A stretch of 26,299 bases of DNA, taken from a virus. Taxonomy: Duplodnaviria; Caudoviricetes. The translations under genes and the position numbers were made by a program. Below are positions 8,776 through 18,167 of the stretch, one piece after another (position 1 is the first letter of the stretch; each line of letters starts with the position of its first letter). The DNA lies in the IMG/VR virus record IMGVR_UViG_3300022871_000097, positions 1 to 26,299 of that record; one strand, 5' to 3'. The notes under the pieces were generated by a model, which saw only the letters and a program-made list of their open reading frames with translations, was not told the DNA's origin and did not search any database.

Positions 8776-10954
8776 CGAAAAAATTATTATTGATATTGAT
8801 GGTCGTGCGAAAGGTGCAAAAAATGCAATAAAGGGCATTGATAAGGAAATATTTAAAGCACAAAAAAAAGCTGACAGGCTAAAATCAACAATGTCAGGGC
8901 TGAAAATTGCCGGGGCTGCTGCTTTCGCTACAATAGGTGCAACGATTGGGGTAAGTCTAAAAAAGTTCGCCAAGTTTGACAACGAGTTGAGGGGTGTCAA
9001 GACATTACTTGATGAGGGATCGTTTGGAGCTAAGGGTCTTGAGGAAGGCTTTGCCGATATGCGAAAGGGCATTCTACGACTAGGAGCAACTGCACCTGTC
9101 GCTATAGAATCTTTAAATAAATCGCTGTTCGACACTGTCTCAGCAGGTGTTGCAGCAGGTGACGCTGTTAAGTTCGTTGGCACTGCCGCAAAACTCGCAA
9201 CAGCAGGAATAACAGATGTATCAATTGCAACTGATGGCTTAACCTCTGCATTAAATGCGTATGAACTTAAAGCAGGGGCTGCGGAAGAGATAGCGTCAAA
9301 ATTTTTCTTAGCGCAAAAAGCAGGTAAAACAACGATTGCTGAATTGTCAAGTGGGTTTGGGATAGCAGGTGCTTCAGCCTCTGGATTTGGCGTAACACTA
9401 GATGAGCTACTAGGTGCAGTTTCAGCAGTTACAATTGCAGGAGTGAAAACCAACTCTGCTTATACAGGATTAAACGCATTGTTAACTGGCATATCAAAGC
9501 CAACGGCTGACGCTGCAAAAGAAGCTAAAAAATTAGGTATAGAGTTTAACACTACCGCGCTTCGGTCAAAGGGCTTACTGAAGTTCTTAACAGACCTAAA
9601 AAATGCAAATGGATTTACAAAACAATCGGTCGAAAAACTTTTTGGATCAATTGAAGCACGAAATATTGCATTTTCATTGACAGGTGCGCAGGCTGATATA
9701 TTTGCAAATAATGTGGAGAACTTAGGCAATAAGCAAAAGGCACTGAACACTTTCACCGCAGGCTATGGAGTACAAGCTGCAGGCGCAGCAAGCCAAATGA
9801 GCATATTTAACAACAAAGTGTCAGCGTTATCTATAACTTTAGGTGAGGAACTAGCTCCTGCCATGATGGAGCTTCTTAAAGTTGGTACTTTAATTATTGC
9901 AGAAGTATTTAATATTGGTGAGACGCCATTTGAATCAGGGTTAGCTTCATTGAAAGAAAAGTATGACCAAACTAAAGTTAAGATGGGTGAACTTATCCTG
10001 CAAAAAAAGAAGATGGATAGCCACTTCGCAGCAGGGAGAGTTAATAAAGAAGTTTACACTGCTAGACTCGCATTTTTAGATGCGGAGCTTACTAAATTAA
10101 AAGAAATACAAAAAGTAGTACCCGGAAGCACAGCAGGTGGTGCTCCTATTTCTGCGGGTGGTGGTAACGACAGGAAACTTAAAATTGAACAAGATTTCCA
10201 AGATAGATTAAAAGAGATGAGGGACGCAGTAAAGGAAGGACAAATTCTTGATGATGAGAATGACCTGTTAACCCTCCAGTCAAAACTTGATGTGGAAGCT
10301 GAATTAAAAAACATATCAATGGCAAAAGACCTTGCGACAAATGGTGATTTAAGCAATGCGAAAGCAAAAATAAATGAACTAGAATTAAAGAAGTACGTCA
10401 AACATTTACAAACAAAGCAGAAATTTGAACAGCAATTCTCACAGCAATATGTTGGTCTAGCTCAACAAACAGCCGGATTGATTACTTCAATATATGGGCA
10501 AGAAACAGTGGCATCATTCCTTATAGCAAAAGGCGCAGCAGCCGCACAGATATTTTTGGATAAAGCCAAGGCAGATATGGCAGCGACATTCCAATCTAGA
10601 ATGTTAATGCCGGGGTTGTCAGAAGCCTACCTAGCTAAATCATTACTAGTGAATAAAATATCAGCAGGTGTTGCGCTAGCAACGGTGGCTGCACAATCTA
10701 TCCAAGGCTTTGCACAAGGTGGTATGATTGAGGGCGGCACAGCAGGGAGAGATTCTGTCAGGTTTATGGGTCAAAGAAATGAAGTTATAGTCCCGCCAAA
10801 AACTACATTTGAAGATTTAATCACAGCAGGTAGAGCATTTACTGAGGGTGGTGAAGGTGGTCAACAAGTAGAAGTTAAGTTAACATTAAATGACAATCTA
10901 ATCGACTTCGTGGAAGCTGAGATTAACCAACGTCAAGCAATTGGAGTATCATAA
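8768..10954 (+). CDS. Tail tape measure protein (TP901-type core)
   Basis: 728 aa Ala/Gly-rich helical; GKTTIAELSS, SAYTGL and KLFGSIEA motifs; C-terminal FAQGG...GRDSV. Confidence 0.92.
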   Translation: MANEKIIIDIDGRAKGAKNAIKGIDKEIFKAQKKADRLKSTMSGLKIAGAAAFATIGATIGVSLKKFAKFDNELRGVKTLLDEGSFGAKGLEEGFADMRKGILRLGATAPVAIESLNKSLFDTVSAGVAAGDAVKFVGTAAKLATAGITDVSIATDGLTSALNAYELKAGAAEEIASKFFLAQKAGKTTIAELSSGFGIAGASASGFGVTLDELLGAVSAVTIAGVKTNSAYTGLNALLTGISKPTADAAKEAKKLGIEFNTTALRSKGLLKFLTDLKNANGFTKQSVEKLFGSIEARNIAFSLTGAQADIFANNVENLGNKQKALNTFTAGYGVQAAGAASQMSIFNNKVSALSITLGEELAPAMMELLKVGTLIIAEVFNIGETPFESGLASLKEKYDQTKVKMGELILQKKKMDSHFAAGRVNKEVYTARLAFLDAELTKLKEIQKVVPGSTAGGAPISAGGGNDRKLKIEQDFQDRLKEMRDAVKEGQILDDENDLLTLQSKLDVEAELKNISMAKDLATNGDLSNAKAKINELELKKYVKHLQTKQKFEQQFSQQYVGLAQQTAGLITSIYGQETVASFLIAKGAAAAQIFLDKAKADMAATFQSRMLMPGLSEAYLAKSLLVNKISAGVALATVAAQSIQGFAQGGMIEGGTAGRDSVRFMGQRNEVIVPPKTTFEDLITAGRAFTEGGEGGQQVEVKLTLNDNLIDFVEAEINQRQAIGVS

Positions 10955-11775
10955 TGTCAGGCCAAATTACATTTTTCAATAAGTCGTTAATAGATATTGA
11001 CCAGGGTAACATTACAATTACTGTTACTGATGCAGTCGCAACAAACAACGGAACTGATTTTGTAAATTACATGAGAAATAGAAAAAACGATTCTGGATGG
11101 ATAACTACAGGCTCAACTGATGCAGCTAACACAACTTTAGATGTTGATTTCACCGATGAAATAGATTTTACAGATATACTTTTAGTTAGCCATAATTTAG
11201 GAGCGTACACTATTCAATATTGGGATGGAGCCGCTTACCAGGACTTTTCAACAGCCATAACTGAGACAACAAACACAGAAACAACAAACCATTATAACTT
11301 TACCAGTGTTGAGTCATCTAAGCTAAAAATTATTATCACAGGTGCGCAAACAGTAGACGCTGATAAAGTAATCAGGCAATTGATAGTTACTAGACGCATA
11401 GGAGACGGACAACTTGAGGGGTGGCCTATAATAAAAAAACCAACCCTGTCCACTAATCGCAAAAGTAATAAAATGCTGTCAGGAAAGATTAGTCAAGTAG
11501 AGTCAATCGAAAGTTTTTCTTGTCAATTGACGGTTGCTGTTTGGAGCAGTGACGATGATATGGATATTGTAGAAGGTATTTATTTCAAACATCAGGGTGT
11601 TTTATTATGGTTGTGCGGTGGTGATGAATCTCAATTTAAAAATGAAAGAATCAATTATAGAAAAGAAGACATATATTTGGTGAGACCAGTAAACGAATAT
11701 TCAAACGAGTATTATAAAGGTGTTTATTCTAATGGTCAAAAGATTACTTTAGAACTTCAAGAATCGGTAAACTAA
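10954..11775 (+). CDS. Distal tail protein with discoidin/CBM-like domain
   Basis: Follows tape measure; W.TTGS.D, LDVDF, YTIQYWDG, KLKIIITG pattern. Confidence 0.6.
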   Translation: MSGQITFFNKSLIDIDQGNITITVTDAVATNNGTDFVNYMRNRKNDSGWITTGSTDAANTTLDVDFTDEIDFTDILLVSHNLGAYTIQYWDGAAYQDFSTAITETTNTETTNHYNFTSVESSKLKIIITGAQTVDADKVIRQLIVTRRIGDGQLEGWPIIKKPTLSTNRKSNKMLSGKISQVESIESFSCQLTVAVWSSDDDMDIVEGIYFKHQGVLLWLCGGDESQFKNERINYRKEDIYLVRPVNEYSNEYYKGVYSNGQKITLELQESVN

Positions 11776-12992
11776 TGGGAACAGTTAGAATATATATAAA
11801 TCCATTTGATACGACTGGTGAATATACCTCTTATCAAGACGTAACAAAATATGTTAAAGATAAGTCAGCAGTAGTGAAGCGTCAGGTGGACAATAATGAA
11901 TATGACGTTGGCGTTTTAACTTATAACAATCTCTCATTAACTTTTAACAACATCAACGGTAAGTTTAATGAAGCCGATAACATACAAAGTATATTCGATT
12001 ACAAAAGATCAAATTCAAAAGTTAAAATCACATGGGAGATTAACACTCATCCATTATATTGTGGTTTTGTTGAGTGCGGAACTTATTATTTAGGCACAGA
12101 GGTTACAATATTTGAAGGGCTTTTGAATGATGAAGGCAGCAAGACCGATATTGACAGTCAGTTTATTAATTTTACTGTACTTGGTTTTGAGTCAATACTT
12201 GATAAGGTAGAAACTCCTTTTTCTAGTATCGCAAATGACGACAAGGTTAGTGAAATTTTATACGATTGTCTGAATCAATCTGATATTACTGAAATATTGA
12301 CGGTATCATTAGCAAACATAACTCCCTCCTATGATGCTGTAATAGACGATGTTTCGGATCTTGAAGAAACAACCGTAAAAGAAACTCTTGATATCTTATT
12401 GGAAATTTCTAATTCAATATTAAATATAATTGACAATGTTATCTACATAGTCCCAAGAACTGCAACACCTACGGTACAGCAAACATTCTACGGACAAGCC
12501 GCAAGGGCCAGTGGTGAGGACATAGTATCAATCAAAGACATTAGACAAGGTTTACATAAAACTTTCAATTTATGGAAATGGGAAGATACTGTATTGACCG
12601 CGAGAAGCTCATCCTCAATAGAAAAATATGGGGTTAGAAAAAAAGAAATAAGCTATGTTGGTATAACAACTGAAGCAACTAAACAGGCCATACTAAATAG
12701 CTCTAGGACTGAATTTGGAGAACCTAAGAAAGAAATAAAACTAACAACATTATTAAATTACGACACATATAATTTAGCAATTCTAGATAGAGTTGCAATC
12801 GACTACCCGACTGTTTTTTTCCCATCAGACGAGAATGTTTTACCGATGTTCGGAGTGAGTACATTCGGTAATGATAAATTTCCGTTTGGCGTATGGGCAC
12901 TAACATTCGACACAAATACCAATTTTAAAATATTAGGCAAAGATATAAACCTACAAAAAGAAATTATAACCTTAACGCTAAGGGAGATATAA
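11775..12992 (+). CDS. Tail tip / baseplate hub protein
   Basis: 405 aa; DVTKYV, SIEKYGVRKKEI and terminal ITLTLREI typical of hub proteins. Confidence 0.65.
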   Translation: MGTVRIYINPFDTTGEYTSYQDVTKYVKDKSAVVKRQVDNNEYDVGVLTYNNLSLTFNNINGKFNEADNIQSIFDYKRSNSKVKITWEINTHPLYCGFVECGTYYLGTEVTIFEGLLNDEGSKTDIDSQFINFTVLGFESILDKVETPFSSIANDDKVSEILYDCLNQSDITEILTVSLANITPSYDAVIDDVSDLEETTVKETLDILLEISNSILNIIDNVIYIVPRTATPTVQQTFYGQAARASGEDIVSIKDIRQGLHKTFNLWKWEDTVLTARSSSSIEKYGVRKKEISYVGITTEATKQAILNSSRTEFGEPKKEIKLTTLLNYDTYNLAILDRVAIDYPTVFFPSDENVLPMFGVSTFGNDKFPFGVWALTFDTNTNFKILGKDINLQKEIITLTLREI

Positions 12993-12994
12993 CC

Positions 12995-13738
12995 ATGAGT
13001 TCAAACTCATTGACCACATACAGTGATGGAGATACAATTTCAGCAGCATCGGTTAACCAATATAAAACGGCATTAAATCAAAACGTAGTCCCTAGAAACT
13101 CAAGCGGTGTAGCTACTAATGATGGTGGTGATATTGGAGAATCAAGTCTCAAATTTAAGAAAGCTCATATATCGATAGGGTATATCCCTATTGGTACAGT
13201 AATAGATTTCTATTCATACAATGACACTGTCACTCCAGGCAGAGGGTGGTTATTATGTAACGCTCAAATTATAAATGAAGCCAACTACGAAAGTGCCCAT
13301 GGTTCTGGAACGTGGACAACTGATGCTGCTTCCAGTCCTCTATCTGGGCTATATACTCCTGACTTTGATGGAAGGTATGCAGTCGGGACGGATGCAGTTA
13401 CTCAAGATGGGTCAATTGCTATTACAGCGGAGGGTAACACTGATAATGAAGTTTCCTTGATTGCGCACAACCATGGACACACTCACGAGTGGATGCATTC
13501 ATCTGCTCATTTAGGAACTAATGATAGTATGTACGACTCTGCTGGTAATTCCCGGTCAATTGGTAACTTAACATCAGCTGGTGGCGTAAAATTGGCATTG
13601 ACAGGCAATGGTTTGTGTATGGCAAAAGCTGATGGGCTTGGTTTTCACACAAATAAAGACTCCACAAACACCACAGCAGCAACGCAAGATATTCAACCAG
13701 ATTCTGTTGCGATAGAGAAATGGATAAAGGTGGCATAA
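12995..13738 (+). CDS. Tail fibre protein with collar-like domain
   Basis: IPIGTVIDF...PGRGWLLCN...TPDFDGRY collar motif; HNHGHTH; QP..V...WIKV terminus. Confidence 0.75.
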   Translation: MSSNSLTTYSDGDTISAASVNQYKTALNQNVVPRNSSGVATNDGGDIGESSLKFKKAHISIGYIPIGTVIDFYSYNDTVTPGRGWLLCNAQIINEANYESAHGSGTWTTDAASSPLSGLYTPDFDGRYAVGTDAVTQDGSIAITAEGNTDNEVSLIAHNHGHTHEWMHSSAHLGTNDSMYDSAGNSRSIGNLTSAGGVKLALTGNGLCMAKADGLGFHTNKDSTNTTAATQDIQPDSVAIEKWIKVA

Positions 13739-14367
13739 TGACTATATCAACTAGAGAAAATGGAACACTTATCGACCAGACTTGGTTTAATAGTATCAAA
13801 ACAGATGTAGACGCGCTAGGCGCGGTAGACCTGGATTTAATTTGCGATTCAGGTAATACCACTTTTGCGGTTGCACTAAATACCGAAGCACTGACCATCA
13901 CAGGTGGTTCGGGCGTTTCAATTGTTGGGGCTGATGCTAGTACGCAAATACAGGTTGATGTTGATCATGGTGGTATATCTGGGTTGTCAGATGATGACCA
14001 CACTCAATATTTATTGAGATCAGATACATATACTGATTATTCAGAGAGTACATTTTCAGCGGCTAATAATCAGGCAGGAGTTACAAATGTCACAGGACTC
14101 GTATTTGCTAATGCTACCTACAGGGCATCTTTTATAAAATTAGTTATTGAGATTGATGCCGACACAGATTTGTTTGAGGTTTTCGACATAAGGGTTGTTC
14201 AAAGATCAGCTGACTGGGATTTGTTTTATACTTCTAATGGAGATGATGCTGGCATAGAGTTCAGTATTACAAGTGCAGGGCAATTACAATATACTTCTGG
14301 CAATGAAGCTGGATACTCATCAAGTGTTTTCACATGGGAAGCGACAGCAATTAAAAAACAGGTGTGA
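13738..14367 (+). CDS. Fibre-like structural protein with DHGGISGLSDDDHTQYLL motif
   Basis: Start ATG 13738 (TAATG overlap); beta-rich C-terminal domain; motif shared with 4205-4831. Confidence 0.65.
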   Translation: MTISTRENGTLIDQTWFNSIKTDVDALGAVDLDLICDSGNTTFAVALNTEALTITGGSGVSIVGADASTQIQVDVDHGGISGLSDDDHTQYLLRSDTYTDYSESTFSAANNQAGVTNVTGLVFANATYRASFIKLVIEIDADTDLFEVFDIRVVQRSADWDLFYTSNGDDAGIEFSITSAGQLQYTSGNEAGYSSSVFTWEATAIKKQV

Positions 14368-14822
14368 CTATGAAAAAAATTATTAATTATGCAGGACTTA
14401 TTTTCTTATTGATAACCCTTCATCTGTTCATAGCAGCCTACAAGATAGGTGCGGAGAGTGTTTATATAGGGCAGAACGCGGATAATGACATATGCCTTTA
14501 TTTCAGGACATCTTCAGCAACACCTCCTTTTATTTGTTGGGATCAAAGTGGAAGTTCTTTGGTTTTCAGCAACGATGGATCAACGGCAAGCGCGTTTGGA
14601 ACAGGGTCAGGCGGCGGTGGCTCACCTAACTTTGATTTTATGTTTGCAGGATATGATTCTGACGCTGACGACTATTCAGATGCTACCGATTGGAAAACAG
14701 GAAAAGATAACGACTTAGCTGTTATTGTAGATGGTTCACCAGCTGATTTAGAAGGTGCATTAACTTTAGATACAACAGCGGCAAATTTTAGATATTCTGG
14801 TAGATCGAGACGAATCATCTGA
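14364..14822 (+). CDS. Signal-peptide-bearing fibre-like protein, possibly truncated
   Basis: MKKIINYAGLIFLLITLHLFIAA signal/anchor; LVFSNDG..FGTGSGGGG linker; abrupt atypical end RSRRII. Confidence 0.55.
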   Translation: MTMKKIINYAGLIFLLITLHLFIAAYKIGAESVYIGQNADNDICLYFRTSSATPPFICWDQSGSSLVFSNDGSTASAFGTGSGGGGSPNFDFMFAGYDSDADDYSDATDWKTGKDNDLAVIVDGSPADLEGALTLDTTAANFRYSGRSRRII

Positions 14823-14836
14823 TGAGGAATAATATA

Positions 14837-14905
14837 ATGGATAAAAAAACTATATCGATCATTGGTGCCGACACTGATGCAATAATCGAGCACATGGGTA
14901 TATGA
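14837..14905 (+). CDS. 22-aa mini ORF (MDKKTISIIGADTDAIIEHMGI)
   Basis: GAGG RBS upstream; ATGA overlap with next gene. Confidence 0.35.
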   Translation: MDKKTISIIGADTDAIIEHMGI

Positions 14906-15099
14906 AAAATCTAACTGGTATAATGTCAGCAGTTTCAGCGGTGTTAATTGCAGCAGCTATAATGGGAACCTTCTCATTGGCCAACAGAGTATCAGTAGTT
15001 GAGACTAAGCAAGACTTATACGCAGAAGATATTAGAGACATTAAAGATAATATTAACAACATGACAGGCTTACTACAGCGATGTCATAAGGAGGAATAA
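14902..15099 (+). CDS. Single-TM plus coiled-coil protein, holin/antiholin-like
   Basis: N-terminal hydrophobic helix then coiled coil; located after fibre genes. Confidence 0.5.
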   Translation: MKNLTGIMSAVSAVLIAAAIMGTFSLANRVSVVETKQDLYAEDIRDIKDNINNMTGLLQRCHKEE

Positions 15100-15100
15100 C

Positions 15101-15520
15101 ATGAGCATAGCAGACGTAAAAAACCAAATTTCAGAAGTGATATTAGAGACAATGATGGGTATCAGAGAAGGCGTTGGCAAATGTAGAAATGAAGAGTTTT
15201 CAGCTTTCATTAAAGATTTAATTGCAGCAAAAGAAGCTGGATTAGATGTTGGAACACTACCGCTACCAATGCTCACCGACCATGTAAAACAAGGTGTGGA
15301 GGCGTTCTTGAGCGTTAAAAAAGATTTGTCAGTAAGCGGTGGACTGATTTATTCTATCGTAACTGTTGATGGCAAGTACGGAAAAGAAGAACAAACAGCT
15401 ATGAAAATAAATGTTGCTATGGAATTTTTCTCAGCAGGTTCTTTGGATTTGGGCAAAGTTGTTGAAATGAATCCCGATGAACTTACTAAGCTTTTAGAAG
15501 TTGTAAACGCAAACGCATGA
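15101..15520 (+). CDS. Hypothetical protein with amphipathic beta-hairpin (Trypco/DUF2589-like pattern)
   Basis: AGGAGG RBS; helix then alternating strands around VSGGLIYSIVTVDGKYG. Confidence 0.55.
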   Translation: MSIADVKNQISEVILETMMGIREGVGKCRNEEFSAFIKDLIAAKEAGLDVGTLPLPMLTDHVKQGVEAFLSVKKDLSVSGGLIYSIVTVDGKYGKEEQTAMKINVAMEFFSAGSLDLGKVVEMNPDELTKLLEVVNANA

Positions 15521-15756
15521 GGGACAAGCAAGCCGCAACACTTAAGACGTGCCAGCAAATAGCAGATATAACAGTTGAGACTTATAAGAAAATTATCGAG
15601 TCAATAGAGCTTGTGCCAACAGCTGCTGTAATAGACCTGGAAGTAAAGTTAACAGCAATTGATAAACACGTATTTTCTAATGACAGTGAAGTTTCAGAAA
15701 GCGTTATAAGAATGACGATAGATTTAATAAACAATGTAACAGAGGTAATAGAATGA
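15517..15756 (+). CDS. Hypothetical protein (helix plus beta-hairpin)
   Basis: ATGA-coupled; strands IDLEVKL and VIRMTIDL. Confidence 0.55.
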   Translation: MRDKQAATLKTCQQIADITVETYKKIIESIELVPTAAVIDLEVKLTAIDKHVFSNDSEVSESVIRMTIDLINNVTEVIE

Positions 15757-15971
15757 AATTAAAAAACAAACAAGAAATTATTGCAAGATTACAAACAGTA
15801 GGTCTAAACCTGTTAGAAAATGTAGTAAAAGAAGCTGCTACTATTGCTTATGATATTGATTTAGATTTGATTGACAATAAAATATTAAAGTTTGCGGTTA
15901 AGAAATTATCAGAAGCTTACAAAGATGAGTTGTTCGCAGAAATTGACAAGATTGACGGTGAGAAAGACTAA
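15753..15971 (+). CDS. Hypothetical small helical protein, last late gene
   Basis: GAGGT RBS, ATGA overlap; ends IDKIDGEKD. Confidence 0.65.
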   Translation: MKLKNKQEIIARLQTVGLNLLENVVKEAATIAYDIDLDLIDNKILKFAVKKLSEAYKDELFAEIDKIDGEKD

Positions 15972-15978
15972 ATACTTT

Positions 15979-16503
15979 TCACCATACCCAAGGGGGCATA
16001 CCATGCCATTCCAAGTATGTGTCATAAAAGCATTGGTAGGCCTCTGATTTTGATTTAAACTGCCCCAAGTAATTTCCCAGTCCACCTGTGGTTATCCCAG
16101 CTCTCCATGTGTTTTTACGACCCTTTACTTTACTAACTCCCCTTTTTTTATCGCTGATAAGCCTATGGTAGTGATTTGTATTTTCCTGGCTTGTCACCCA
16201 TTCTAAGTTTTCTACCCGGTTATCATTTTTAATACCATTGATATGGTTTACTTCTCTTGAACACAAGGGGTTATGCAAGAAGGCAATAGCTACTAGCCGG
16301 TGCAGATTAACCTTTTTGCAATTCTTGTCTTTATTAAGTCCTGTTAGTACATAACCACCTTCGGGCGAAGCGCGTACTGATTTGTTTCTCCATGTGTTTA
16401 ACTTGTTCCCACACCTGCTAAACCTGCTGCTAAGGCGGCCCTCACTGGAAACTTGATATAACCCACTATAGTCCTTAACATCTTTCCATATTTCTTTTTC
16501 CAT
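15979..16503 (-). CDS. NUMOD4-HNH homing endonuclease with AP2-like C-terminus
   Basis: EIWKDVKDYSGLYQVSSEGR (NUMOD4); HRLVAIAF...VNHINGIKNDNRVENLEWVT (HNH); GV..WRA.I..YLG.F....EA (AP2-like). Confidence 0.92.
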   Translation of the reverse strand: MEKEIWKDVKDYSGLYQVSSEGRLSSRFSRCGNKLNTWRNKSVRASPEGGYVLTGLNKDKNCKKVNLHRLVAIAFLHNPLCSREVNHINGIKNDNRVENLEWVTSQENTNHYHRLISDKKRGVSKVKGRKNTWRAGITTGGLGNYLGQFKSKSEAYQCFYDTYLEWHGMPPWVW

Positions 16504-16585
16504 TGTATAATATCCCTAATTAAAAATTAATCCAAATGGTTAGACCTCACGGATGAGGTTTGAGCTGTATAAGGGGTGTATCTCT

Positions 16586-16930
16586 TTACACCTCTTTCTT
16601 CCCCTTGCATAATTTACATATCCGATTAAATTTACTAACACTGATAAATAATTTATCACAACCTAAACATGGTATTTTACTTATCTCCGCACCGGCTTTT
16701 TCAACTTTTGATGGTCTTTGATGGTCAGGAACAATTGGCAACTCTTCCAACACATGACGAATAGCCACACCGAATTGTTCTAATGCCTTGATAGATACAT
16801 GATTTTCTATATTGAAATACTGTGTTGGGGTTAGGCCTACCCTCTGCGCGATAGACCTTGCTGAATAACCTTTTTCTAATCTCAGTTGTCGAATGGTAGC
16901 TACTTGGCTTCTGGTATCACGCTGTTCCAT
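16586..16930 (-). CDS. XRE-type HTH protein with C-terminal zinc finger
   Basis: IRQLRLEKGYSARSIAQRVGLTPTQYFNIEN; CLGC...NRICKLC; start taken at MEQRD. Confidence 0.75.
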   Translation of the reverse strand: MEQRDTRSQVATIRQLRLEKGYSARSIAQRVGLTPTQYFNIENHVSIKALEQFGVAIRHVLEELPIVPDHQRPSKVEKAGAEISKIPCLGCDKLFISVSKFNRICKLCKGKKEV

Positions 16931-16952
16931 GTCTCGTTTGCCTGTTATGTGG

Positions 16953-17573
16953 TTATACATTATCGTTATATGCTTTAATAGCATCCACTAGGACAAACTT
17001 AAAAGATTCTATAAATTCTTCGGTTGTCTGGGCATCATATTCATTATCTCCAAAGAATGATTCAAGTAATACATTTATAGGTGTACCATGATTGCATTGT
17101 TCCAAGTTATAAAAACCTCTATTGCCTCTTGACATTTCCTTAACGCCTCTATTGTTTTGATACGGTCTTTTCTTTCCCATTTCAGATAGTATATAGTTTG
17201 CAAGCAGTTTACTATTTTCGTGACCATCAATAACTAATGCCTCTCTACCGCTTGCAGACCCATTATAACAATTAAAATGGAACTCAATAGTGCAATCACA
17301 TCCCATTGCGTTTGCAACATTTGAAGCACCTTCAATACCGCGATTGTCTCTTGTTATAATGTGGCTCTTGATATACGCATCCCAAAGAATTTTCATTCTT
17401 GGAATAACTACACTATGAAAATCATATTCGTTAAGTCTTGCCCTGTCAGAGTACGCGCCTCCTGCTCGTTTTGTATGGCCTACAATTAACCCTACCGTTT
17501 CAATCTTCCTACTTGGTTTTTGAATTACGACTTTCTTTTTCTTCTTTTTAAATAAATTTTTAAACCAACCCAT
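16953..17573 (-). CDS. N-acetylmuramoyl-L-alanine amidase (Amidase_3), probable endolysin
   Basis: Zn-binding/catalytic motifs VGH, NEY, EFHFN, LLESFFGDN; also NRGVK. Confidence 0.9.
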   Translation of the reverse strand: MGWFKNLFKKKKKKVVIQKPSRKIETVGLIVGHTKRAGGAYSDRARLNEYDFHSVVIPRMKILWDAYIKSHIITRDNRGIEGASNVANAMGCDCTIEFHFNCYNGSASGREALVIDGHENSKLLANYILSEMGKKRPYQNNRGVKEMSRGNRGFYNLEQCNHGTPINVLLESFFGDNEYDAQTTEEFIESFKFVLVDAIKAYNDNV

Positions 17574-18167
17574 TTAATCCTCCTTCTTAATGCATAAATC
17601 ATCAGCAACGTGTGACTTGACAGCATACTGAAATATATTACTCTTAATATCTTTAAATTCTTTATCAGCACAGTCTAGTACATATACATGAGCTAATAGT
17701 TGTCTTACTTGTCTAATATCTACTTTTACATTTTTAGAACCGCACCATAGCGGCCAGGCAGAGTAATCAAGGTTCGCACCCTCAAGATTTGCACCCTCAA
17801 GATTTGCACCCTCAAAATTTGCATACTCAAGATTTGCACCCCTGAGATTTGTACGCTCAAGATTTGCACCCTCAAGATTTGCACGCTTAAGATTTGCACG
17901 CTTAAGATTTGCACGCTTAAGATTTGCATACTTAAGATTTACATACTTAAGATTTGCATACTCAAGATTTGCACCCTTAAGATTCGCACGCTCAAGATTT
18001 GCATCCTCAAAATTTGCATCCCTGAGATTTGCATCCTCAAGATTTGCATCCTCAAGATTTGCATCCTCAAGATTTACATACTTAAGATTTGCACGCTCTC
18101 CTTCCGCGTTGTTATTTAGCCATAGTTTGTGTTTTTGTATTATTTCGTCCAATTGTTCTTGTTTCAT
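17574..18167 (-). CDS. Pentapeptide repeat protein
   Basis: HKLWL...GERANL N-terminus, 22 A-N-L-x-x repeats, [13 protein letters not shown]-terminus. Confidence 0.95.
   Translation of the reverse strand: MKQEQLDEIIQKHKLWLNNNAEGERANLKYVNLEDANLEDANLEDANLRDANFEDANLERANLKGANLEYANLKYVNLKYANLKRANLKRANLKRANLEGANLERTNLRGANLEYANFEGANLEGANLEGANLDYSAWPLWCGSKNVKVDIRQVRQLLAHVYVLDCADKEFKDIKSNIFQYAVKSHVADDLCIKKED
17763..18092 (-). repeat. 22 x 15-bp coding tandem repeat (consensus near GCAAATCTTGAGNNT)
   Basis: Directly visible 15-bp periodicity. Confidence 0.9.

Noticed and set aside
8737-10401. Long antisense ORFs inside the tape measure gene (and similar ones at 142-757, 2503-2811)
   Set aside because: Shadow ORFs of strongly coding genes, with no RBS or recognisable motifs
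12995-14822. Invertible tail-fibre shufflon
   Set aside because: No recombinase, no inverted crossover repeats and no opposite-strand fibre cassettes seen
14820-14837. Stop-codon reassignment or read-through explaining the short fibre gene
   Set aside because: TGA TGA is followed shortly by in-frame TAA; TGA/TAA stops elsewhere overlap genuine starts, consistent with the standard code
16504-16585. tRNA or structured ncRNA in the intergenic gap
   Set aside because: Only one short hairpin; no cloverleaf or T-loop signature
17763-18092. 15-bp periodic array as CRISPR or other non-coding repeat
   Set aside because: No spacers; fully explained by pentapeptide coding repeats. The alternative-frame QILSV ORF (17726-17929) is a by-product.
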